From a virus: a DNA stretch of 64,000 nucleotides. The stretch's first letter is position 1; each line of letters begins with the position of its first letter. The stretch is from positions 32,001 to 96,000 of IMG/VR virus record IMGVR_UViG_3300047284_000228, one strand, 5' to 3'. A model generated the notes under the pieces. The model saw only the letters and a list, made by a program, of their open reading frames with translations, had not been told where the DNA came from and ran no database searches. Both the position numbers and the translations under genes were made by a program. Positions 1-9,700 of the stretch are shown here, in pieces.

Positions 1-837
1 ATGGGTAAGTGGGTGACCGCGTTGTGGGCTTCTGTTCAATGCATTTAGCATAAATGTGAACTGATGATAACCAGATCCGTTCCATTGTGAATAATCACTA
101 TCTGTCTCAAATCCATGCGTCACAACAGCGCCATCACATGAAAATAGTCCCGGAGGAATAGCCACGTGTGCTTGAGTAGAGCATGGACAATTACTATAAC
201 AGGTCCAGAATGTAGCACAGCTGAATCCGCCGCGCTTGTTAATATCACCGCCCCAAGATTCTGCACAGCATGATCCTGTTCCTGGGCCATAGTTACATAC
301 GATACCACAGGTACCGTTTGAATAATTAGTTACACAGAAGTTACCGCTTTGGAAACAGCAGAATACTGCTGCTGATCCCGGAGCACAATACGCTGTACCT
401 CCACGACCGCCCTGGGCACACATACATCCGTTTACGGCATCACCTGTGTATTGATTTCTACCGGCCCAGCATACCTGCGTCGGTTCGGAACAGCCTTTAA
501 AACAGAATGTTTCTGGATTACCGCAGCTAATACCTATTTGTCCGCAGATCATGCATCCGTTGGTTACACAAATACATTTTCTAGACCATGCTCCTGGGTT
601 TCCTGGAAGACCCACTCCGCAGCAACGGATACTTGGACTTGAACCGCCAGCACCCCAGATATCGATAATCACTCGACCTGTACCAGGGGCTGTCCAACAA
701 AATATGTTACTAGGATGGAAGTTAATACCAGCAGATCCGGCAGGTGCAAAAGTCCATACCTGCCCTTTTTCTAGATCTGTTTCGTCAGTGTCGATCTGAT
801 TTAATTTGTTTTCAACTAATGTTCTTAAGGTAGCCAT
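1..837 (-). CDS. Cys/Gly-rich putative tail-fibre adhesin, paralog 3 (partial, 3' end outside window)
   Basis: Not in the ORF track. ATG at 837 just after the TAA of the 839..2056 gene, frame open to position 1. Manual translation MATLRTLVENKLNQIDTDETDLEKGQVWTF...CWTAPGTGRVIIDIWGAGGSSPSIRCCGVGLPGNPGAWSRKCICV...GCMCAQGGRGG...WGGDINK aligns motif-for-motif with the two upstream paralogs. Confidence 0.85.
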   Translation of the reverse strand, partial: MATLRTLVENKLNQIDTDETDLEKGQVWTFAPAGSAGINFHPSNIFCWTAPGTGRVIIDIWGAGGSSPSIRCCGVGLPGNPGAWSRKCICVTNGCMICGQIGISCGNPETFCFKGCSEPTQVCWAGRNQYTGDAVNGCMCAQGGRGGTAYCAPGSAAVFCCFQSGNFCVTNYSNGTCGIVCNYGPGTGSCCAESWGGDINKRGGFSCATFWTCYSNCPCSTQAHVAIPPGLFSCDGAVVTHGFETDSDYSQWNGSGYHQFTFMLNALNRSPQRGHPLTH

Positions 838-838
838 A

Positions 839-2056
839 TTAGTACGTATTGCCTCCATCTGTTGGTACATATCTGATTCTTACCATACCCATGCCACCTC
901 GGCCGCCATGATCTCGCACGTCGCCGCAGACATGCGTAGGGTATCCGCCCATGCCCGGAGGACTGAATGGTACACAACCCCACATTTCGTAACATCCGCA
1001 GGCTCTAGCACCGTTCCAGCACCAGTGTGTTGGCATGTGACTTGGTTGTCTAGAAAGTGTTTGTACTCCGGCTAACATCGCTGTAACAGCACCGCCCGAA
1101 GTAGCACCGGACGGACTATCATGTTCGTGCTGATAGCTGAATACGCCGCCCTCTGTTGAATACATCATAGGAGGTGTTGATTGATTGTATTGATATATAC
1201 ATCCCGGATTATTTTGTACACAATCTAAGAAACGTGAACAGGATAAGGTACCGCAGCAGTTCATGTCGCCACCAAATCCGCATCTAAATCCAGTAGCATT
1301 ATATTGGTTACTTTGATCTGAACAGATATTGCAGACCATGGTGCAACTCCACCAGCTACAGCTTTCTTGAGTTTTAAATCTACGCTGACAGTGTTTTACG
1401 TTACCCCAGCAGTGGAAGTGATTTCTGTTACCGTCAACGCACATAAACCAACCGGATTTACCGCCTTGTACACACATACATCCTCGACTAGCACCTGCAT
1501 CACAGCACACACAGCAAGATCCTGCACCACACATTGTGGCATTAGAACCTCTTGGAGCCCAATACTTACCGTCTGCATGGCAGTTCTGTATATTTGCTGT
1601 GGTTTCTCCGTTGCCCCAGCCCCATGGATTGTTTCCTTTCCATGTGCTCTGAGAAACTCTTGAGTTTGCACCGCCCCAGAAAAGGGCGTTAGGTGCGCAG
1701 CCAAACCAGCATAGCTGTACAGGCTCTGGATCGCCTCTACTGTATGCAGGAGTATCTCCGCAGGCTCTACCTATAGAACCACAGATATAGTTTGACGGGC
1801 ACACACAGATGCATTTTCTAGTATATGCTCCGGGATTACTAGGCAAACTAGACCCGCAGCAGCAACCGCGGCCGGAAGATCCGCCAGGACCCCACATTTC
1901 AATAATAACCTTACCGCATCCTGGTGGTTTCCAGCAAAAACCGTTACACAACGGAGTATATTCATTGCCGTCACCATAGACCCAGATACGACCTTTTTCT
2001 AGTTGGTCTTCCCAGCCTAGTTCTCGATTTCCTAAAAGTTGTGTTAACAATGCCAT
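839..2056 (-). CDS. Cys/Gly-rich putative tail-fibre adhesin, paralog 2
   Basis: 405 aa, 39 Cys by manual count. Motifs CWKPPGCGKVIIEMWGPGGS, CCC, GCMCVQGG, GGDMN and C-terminal GGRGGMGMVRIRY are typical of glycine-rich phage fibre-tip domains. Lies in the tail-fibre cluster. Confidence 0.7.
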   Translation of the reverse strand: MALLTQLLGNRELGWEDQLEKGRIWVYGDGNEYTPLCNGFCWKPPGCGKVIIEMWGPGGSSGRGCCCGSSLPSNPGAYTRKCICVCPSNYICGSIGRACGDTPAYSRGDPEPVQLCWFGCAPNALFWGGANSRVSQSTWKGNNPWGWGNGETTANIQNCHADGKYWAPRGSNATMCGAGSCCVCCDAGASRGCMCVQGGKSGWFMCVDGNRNHFHCWGNVKHCQRRFKTQESCSWWSCTMVCNICSDQSNQYNATGFRCGFGGDMNCCGTLSCSRFLDCVQNNPGCIYQYNQSTPPMMYSTEGGVFSYQHEHDSPSGATSGGAVTAMLAGVQTLSRQPSHMPTHWCWNGARACGCYEMWGCVPFSPPGMGGYPTHVCGDVRDHGGRGGMGMVRIRYVPTDGGNTY

Positions 2057-2057
2057 T

Positions 2058-3089
2058 TTAAAATTCTCCGTATCTTACATGCGACATTTCTTCGTTGACA
2101 TTGGTACCACGATAAGTGACTCTGATAGCACCCTGGCCGCCTCGACGTCCGGAATCTCTAACACCTGGACATGGAGTCGCTTGGGTAGCACCCCAGCCAT
2201 ACGGCATGTAGTTCATACATGAATGATGTTCATAACATGTACAGAATCTATTACCGTTCCAACAGTTATACCACGGCATACCGCCTGTTGGAGATTTAGA
2301 GTGTGCGTTAATTAAGTATCCAACTGATGCCATACCAGCACCTGCCCATTGATTACCGCCGTGATCATTTTCGATCGGGAACGCTACCCAGCCGCCGTCT
2401 TCAGAGAACTGTCCTGGAGGGTGAGCAACATATTGAATAAACTGGCATGTACACATTGGCTGACATCCGCGGAATTCAACTTTACCATAGACACCACACT
2501 TGTTAATATCGCCACCCCAACCGCAGGCCCACCAATCGCCTGAACGTACATTACATATAATACCGCAGCCGTTACAGATCAAAGTGTTGCAATATCCCAT
2601 AGCAGCAAAACAACAGTAGGGACTATCATATGATGATCCCCAGCAGCAGGTTCTGCCACCTAGACCGCCCTGGGCACACATACATCCCGATGTATTACCG
2701 CATAAATCTCTAGCTCGTTCCCAGACTAGACAAGAACCTTCCGATAAGCAAGGGTTAGAAAACGCTGTACCAGGACCATTACAAGGAACTCCTGGTCGGC
2801 CAAATATTACAGAGCAGGGCCAAACTGCGATAGTTTTTTTGGTATATCCCCCACTATTGCCCGGCATACCAACCGCACAGCAGCAGTTACATGCCGCTGT
2901 CCCTCCGGCACCCCACATTTCGATCGTAGCAGTTCCGCAGCCCGGCGAGTTCCAACACCATTGGAATTCCGTTCTGATACAGGCATACATCGCTGATACA
3001 CCCGATACAGAATAAACCTTACCTTTCGGTAAGTTTTCTTGGAACGCTATGACCTCCCTTGTGGAAAGAAGATCAGAAAGTTTTGCCAT
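2058..3089 (-). CDS. Cys/Gly-rich putative tail-fibre adhesin, paralog 1
   Basis: 343 aa, 32 Cys by manual count. Same motif series: CWNSPGCGTATIEMWGAGG, CCC, GCMCAQGG, WGGDINK, GRRGGQGAIRVTY. Confidence 0.7.
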   Translation of the reverse strand: MAKLSDLLSTREVIAFQENLPKGKVYSVSGVSAMYACIRTEFQWCWNSPGCGTATIEMWGAGGTAACNCCCAVGMPGNSGGYTKKTIAVWPCSVIFGRPGVPCNGPGTAFSNPCLSEGSCLVWERARDLCGNTSGCMCAQGGLGGRTCCWGSSYDSPYCCFAAMGYCNTLICNGCGIICNVRSGDWWACGWGGDINKCGVYGKVEFRGCQPMCTCQFIQYVAHPPGQFSEDGGWVAFPIENDHGGNQWAGAGMASVGYLINAHSKSPTGGMPWYNCWNGNRFCTCYEHHSCMNYMPYGWGATQATPCPGVRDSGRRGGQGAIRVTYRGTNVNEEMSHVRYGEF

Positions 3090-3102
3090 ATTTCAATTCC
3101 TA

Positions 3103-3429
3103 TTAAGGTCCAATAAACACCCAACCATAGGTGTCGCCACTGAAAATCATCGTGACCGCAGCATTATTAAGATTTAAAACTAAATCCTCTGATAAGTTTT
3201 GAATCTTTTTTCCGTTTCTACCAATGGTTACATTGTTAGTGGAAAAAATACCTGCTACGTCTATGATTTGTATAGTGTCGCCTGTAGTTGGACTTGCTGG
3301 TAGCGTAAGTGTAAAGGCACCTGAGGTTGCATCAGCAAAAATTCTTTCATTTGACGAAAGTGTTGTTGCTGAAGTTAATGTCCTATTTACGACTGAGTCG
3401 GTACCAAACGATGTTACCTGTCTTCCCAT
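3103..3429 (-). CDS. small tail-fibre domain protein
   Basis: 108 aa. ADATSGAFTLTLPASPTTGDTIQIID...NNVTIGRNGKKI...YGW is a module common in T4-like tail-fibre proteins. GGAG RBS upstream. Confidence 0.7.
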   Translation of the reverse strand: MGRQVTSFGTDSVVNRTLTSATTLSSNERIFADATSGAFTLTLPASPTTGDTIQIIDVAGIFSTNNVTIGRNGKKIQNLSEDLVLNLNNAAVTMIFSGDTYGWVFIGP

Positions 3430-3446
3430 GTTAATTTACTCCCCTA

Positions 3447-3767
3447 TTATACTGTTGAAGTTTCTATGCCGAATGCAGTAACGCTGATGTTAGCGGTATT
3501 AGCATAGACAACTAAAAGTTTTCCTGCGTTCATCATGATGCCTGTTCTTTCTAGGACACCATTTGGACCAATCTGTGCATCATATTCAATGTATTCTGCG
3601 TTGGTTGGCGATGCGGCTGCTGCTAAGGCTATTCTCACACTAGCTACTGTAGATCCTCTGTTACAAACAGATACTGACATGACTGTGAAAGTTGTTGCCG
3701 GAACGGTATAAACGGTCGTGTTCGTAGCTGCTGATAAAGCTGCTTGACCTAAGATTCCTGTTGCCAT
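3447..3767 (-). CDS. small beta-rich virion/fibre adaptor protein
   Basis: 106 aa, GGAG RBS. The VYTVP...SVCN...IEYD..I.PN pattern is shared with 18037..18369 and 21191..21559. Confidence 0.65.
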   Translation of the reverse strand: MATGILGQAALSAATNTTVYTVPATTFTVMSVSVCNRGSTVASVRIALAAAASPTNAEYIEYDAQIGPNGVLERTGIMMNAGKLLVVYANTANISVTAFGIETSTV

Positions 3768-3781
3768 TTATTATTTCTCCG

Positions 3782-6700
3782 TTAATTGTTTAGTAAAAAG
3801 TAGTTCAATACAAGTGCATCGCCAGCAATTCCGCCTTTGAAGTTTACCTTTGTATTTATGTTAATCTGTACATTTGTAGTTGTGGCTATTGTCTGTCCTG
3901 CGATGTAAACAACGCCTGCAGTGAGGGTATTTACGTTCAAGCTAGATCCACCGCCACCAATTTGGCTAGTAATGTACGCTTTAATAGCTCGCTGTGTCGG
4001 TACTACTGTGTCCGAATCTTGTGTAAAGAACGGATCTGTCGAGAATTCAGAAATTGTAGCTCCTGAACCACCCAATGCAACAGAACCTAGCGATAGTTCG
4101 TTCAATCCTGCGATGTTAAACGCATCAGCATTCAATGTTGCAACACCAGTACTTTGTTCAACGTTGAACAATCCGCCAACTCGGAAGTTACCGTCTTGGT
4201 CAGTTGATGTGTAGAACACACGACCACCGTTGCTCTGCTTGTACTCTTGAGCAGGAATAGGATCAGACAAAGGTAATCCGGGGTAATTTGAATTAATAAA
4301 ATCACCAGTACCGATATCTAATAGATCGTGTCCTGTTAAACGAACCTGAGAATAACGTCTACGGATAGTAGTTGCTGCTTCGTGATTTGGAGCTTCGGCT
4401 GCACCTATAGCTGGACTTATTTGCAGAGTAGCATTATAAGTTCCGTCGGCATTAGGTAATAGATTAGTTACATTAACTAGTCTATACCAAACATCGTCGA
4501 TGCCCGCAAGTTGTACGTTTGAACCGGCTTTGGGTATTCCGCTGAGATTCTTAAATGCCACAAACGCACTTGTTTGATAGTTGTCAGCATAACCGTCACC
4601 TGTGATTTCTGCTGCGGCTGCGGTATAGCTGGTTCCTCTATTGGTAAACATTGGCTGAGCTATAGCACCGTTACCTAAGCGTACTTCAGTGGTAGCATCT
4701 GCTCCGGTGTTGTTAGGATCTGTAATAGTCATAGTCGGAGCAGATACGTATCCTGATCCCGGTTCTTGTATCCATATTTCAGAGATCTTGTTATCTGAAA
4801 CATATGCTCTAGCTCTAGTTTTAGTACCTTGGCGTATGTTTTGTACGCTAGGACTGTTAGCACCAAGTACGACCCATCTTGGAGTTCCTTGATAATTTCC
4901 CAGTGCCGATGCTATGAAATCTCTGCTGGCTAAGAACGGAGCAGTGCCGCTGGCTGTGGTCAATACAAAGTTAGAACCTCCCTTGGTAGAAGAGATTGTG
5001 AATTGTGTTGAGCTAGCAATACTGGTCACATAGTAATAAACCTCAGGAACTATTCCGCCAATAGTTGCACCGGTAAACCTAACTCTGTCATTTAATTTCA
5101 AATTAGTTGTGCTGGATGTTGTTAGGTAATTTGTATTCAATACAAAATCAGCATACGAACCTATAGTGGTTCCTGTGGCTATGGATATCAGTTTAGTTCC
5201 GCCGTAGGCAGCTTCAGCCCAGTTTCTAGTCGCGGCCTGAGCAGGTCCTTCTACCCATGTAATACCGTCTGCAGAATAAGCTGTTCTATCACTATTATAG
5301 GCAAATGCTGTATAACCACCACCGCCGTAGACTACTTTGTTCCAACGAGCTGCTGCTCCCGGAAGGGTAGCGGCTGTCCAGGTTGTTCCGTTAGTAGAAT
5401 AAGCAGCTTTTGTAGTAGTGTTGGTTGTTCCGCCTGCGACTGCTACGAATTTTCCGTCGCCGAATGTAACGTCGGCCCAGAAATCTGAACTAGGTAGTGT
5501 ATTACCAGATGTCCATGTTACTCCACCGTTAGTAGAATATGATGATACTTGGCTACCTGTTGAATATCCTGCTACGGTCACGAAATAATCAACACCACTG
5601 ATCTGACCGTATGATATGGCACTCATCTCTGATGATCCGGATGTAACTGCTGCGTTGGTCCATGATGTACCGTTAGTCGAGTAGTTAATTGCTGAGGAAT
5701 CTCCTCTGATTGCAATATATCTACCTGCACCGTATACCATGTCTTTCCAGTATGCATTAGCTGTTAACGCTAATGTTTGGCCTGTCCAGGTTGCACCGTC
5801 TGCTGAGTATGCAATGTTTCTTGTTCCGCCACTACCGCCTATTATTGCTACATATTGGTTACTACCATTATAGGCTACAGCGGTATATTCAAAGCTGCCG
5901 CTCACTGTTGGCAAGGTTCCGTTAGTCCAAGAAGTTCCGTTGGTACTTGTTGCATATAGACCCGAAGATCCGTCGTAGCCCACTGCTAAGAATCTAGTAC
6001 CGTCATATAAAACACTGGTCCAAGTTCCTGAAGTTAGAGTAGATGTTTCTGCATAAGTACCAGAAATTGTGTCTTTGGCCGTTGCAGTTACATTCAACGA
6101 CGCTGTCGATGCATCGCGTAGTGTCCATACTAGGCCATCTGTAGAACTAGCTGCTGCATCGCCTAGGCTAGTAACATAGAATAAACCCTGTCCGTAGCCG
6201 ATCGAACTCCACTCATAGTTAGCTGGCAAATTGCTCTTAGTCCAGGAAATTCCGTCTAAGGAATATGCAGCCATTGATGAACTATCTGCTATGGCTACGA
6301 ATCTACCATTTCCATAGGTTATGTCTACCCAATTGCTTTCGCTCGAATCATCATTGCTAGGCAATGTTCCTACAGTCCATGCTACTCCACTGGTAGAGTA
6401 AGCAAAACTGTTTGAGAAGTTTCCTTCTACAACTACGAATCTAGTTCCGCCATAGGCTATGGCTTTAGCTCCGGATGCTAGTGTTGTAGTGCTCCAGGTT
6501 GATCCTCCGTTAGTTGATACTGCTCTATATGTGGATGAAGAATCACTTTCTGCAATAGCTACAAAAGAACCATTACCATATGCTATATCGCACCAATCTG
6601 CCACTTCTCCTAGATTGGCTGCGGTCCAATTAATGCCGTCAGTTGAATAAGCAGCAGTAGAAGTTGCTCTGGCCACAGCCACATAGTAGCTAACGTTACT

Positions 6701-9700
6701 TGACATCCCGTAGGCAATAGCACTCCATTGGTTATTATCTTCGCCGCCACCCGAACTTGTTGCGGTTGGCATAGTCATTGCTGTCCAAGTTATTCCATCT
6801 AAACTATAAGCCGCGGCAGTGGTTCCGCTAGCAACGGCTACATATTTAGGTGTCACGGCTGTTCCGGATGGAGTCACTGATGCTATAGATCCGCTAGGAG
6901 AATTAATAGTATCTACAGTTATGGTCAAATCATTAGCAGGACTTGTACCTCCTAGAGAAGTACCTGCAATAGTTAAGGTATTACCTGCTGTGTATAAAAC
7001 ACCCGGAGTACTGATTGACACTGTGTAACTGCCTTTTCTTCTAACAACGTTAAATGCTGCTAGACTTCCAGAACCTCCAGTTGCAGATAATCCTGTGTAA
7101 CTTGCATAACCGTCGCCGTATGCTACATCAGTCCAATTATTCGCTGCTGTAATATTTGAGATAGTCTTAGTATAAGGAACATCAGTAAACGATAGTCTCG
7201 GAGTGATCGTATAAGATGTGGTCACATCTAACGCTGCTTCGATAGCAGTTCCCGGAACCACATGATCCCAGCCAGCAGTTCCTGTTGATTCTTTATAAAC
7301 AGTTGCGATCTTAGAACCCGAATTATATGTGTTAATATAACCGTACTGTCCTGCGCCTGTTCCTGAGGTTAGATAGATGCTCATTCCCACATATGCAGCA
7401 CTAGTAGCAGTATCAGCCGCAGCCAATGTGATCTGTGTTGTGTTACCCGACTGTGCTAGATTGGTGGCGGTGATATATCCTGTACCGCCAGTACCCGAAC
7501 TATCGCCCGGATCTGTCAAGCGTACTTGGAATACAGCACCATCTCTAAATTCATTAGCCACTGTTGCTACACCTGCGCCTGCACCCGATGTTGTAAATGT
7601 TGCTGAAGAATAATCCGAACCTGCATTACCGAATTCGTAGATTAAGATATCATCGCCGTCTGTTATAACATTTCTAACATCTGCTTCTTCTGCACGATTA
7701 TTGAGTTGACCTGTGATCGGAACTTCGTTGATATCTATACCTTCAGATACGGAACCAAAGTCACCGTAAGAGTTGTTACCGTTGGTAGCACGAATCTTAC
7801 CGCCGTTTTCAGCTAGATAACCGATGTGATTATAATATGTGAACACAGAAACAAGTTCTGCACGGCCTAGATTAGTAATCCATGCACCAATACCGTTGCT
7901 CAATACCTGTGTAAAGTCATTGGAAACGATTGAATCAACTCCGCCATTGTGCAGGCTTCCGTCAATTTTCTGTCCAGTACAGCCGGTTCCGAATGTTGTT
8001 ACGTTTTGTACATAAGTCGAACGACTTGTTACCCAAACATTCGAGTCGTTAGGACCGTATCCTGGATCGAGACTGACATAAGCGCCGGCCAACGGACGCT
8101 TTGTACCAAACTCGTTGACCACGGTTAATCCATCTGCATCACCTGCACCGGCTGTATTTCCGTCTGATGTACCATCTAGTCCTAACAGTGTATGATTTCT
8201 TATACCGCAACCATTGCGTACATAGAACATATCTTCAAGTTTAGAACCAGTTAGGGCACTTCTATAGAAACGAGCAGCATATACAGAATAATAGTTTCCT
8301 GTATACATCAGATCGGAAGAGATAGCCTTGACATAATTTCTTACATCATTTTGACATCTTGCTGTATCGTAATTCCATGTAACGGTCATTGATCCCGAAG
8401 CTGCAGATAAATCAACGGCTGTGCCACCTAGTGTTAGACTGACTTTAAATGTTGTTGCGGTTAATCCGCTAGCTAGTATGTAGTAGGTAGTTGTTGTATT
8501 AACACCACCAAAAGTTGTACCGCTAAATTTAACAGTGTCGCCTGCAACCATCCATGTTTGTGATCCACAGGTAAATGTGTCTGTACCAGCGTCTGCAGAT
8601 GTTACTGTTGCTTTAAATGTTTCACTGGCATAGGCTGTTGCTTCAGCTGCTAAAAAATTTGAATTCAGCTCTAAAATCTTACCGCCATTGATTTGATCTA
8701 GATCAGTTGTGGGTGTAACACGACCAGTGATGATTGGTCTTGTTCCTGTATTCACATAAGAAATAATATCATCCCATAATAGTCCAGACAATACACTTGC
8801 ACCGCTGGCTGCAATTCGTTTAGCCTTAGCTGATATAAAATCTAAAATTGCCTGTGTTGCGGCTAGTTGATTGCTTACAACTTCTAGTGCAGATGAAGTC
8901 CCTCTTCTGTAGGCCATTCCTGCTTTGATAGATGCAAAATTAGAACCAAACATTAGATCGTAGCCCAGAGCATCTACGATATATCCAACATCTCGAGAAC
9001 AGGTAGTGGTATTAAAGTCAAGCGTTGGATACTCTCTCTTAATATATTGTACAGCATCTGTTTGAATTTCTGCTCTAGCAGTGTTTACTGCTGTTCTAGC
9101 TGTTACTAAAGCAGTGGCTACCCAGGATGTGGCAGGTGATATCGATGTTGGTAAGGTACCGTCGGCAGTGATTGTGTTGATAATTTCCTGAACACGCTCT
9201 TCAGCAAAGTTTTTAGCTGAAGTATTACCTGCTGTACCGCTGACATCTTGTGTTTCTGCATTACCTGCAGAAACTGTTACCGAAGCTTCTGTAATGACCT
9301 GACCAACTACTGTTTTAAGTCTTGCATATGCGGCCAGTGTTTCTTCTTTTTCGCCGTTGCCAAACGTGGCTACACCGTAGCTATAATATGCATCAGCGGC
9401 GATTCTTGTTTGTGTATTGCCACCGTAGGTTAAATCATAACGAATAGCATCTAAAACATATCCAACATCTCTAGCGCAGGCCGCTGCATCGTAGGTAAAC
9501 GATGTGGTAAACGGTGCTATGTTACCTGCTACCTGTACTGCGATCCATGCTGTGATTTCAGCTTTGATAAAGTTAGTGTTGGCAAGAATCTGTGCTCTAG
9601 CATTGTCATAGGTAGATGTTGCACCTGTAGCATTGCCTGTAGATGCGTATGCAGTATCAGTTAATGAAGAACCCCAGTTAGTAGGATTTGGAATTACAAA

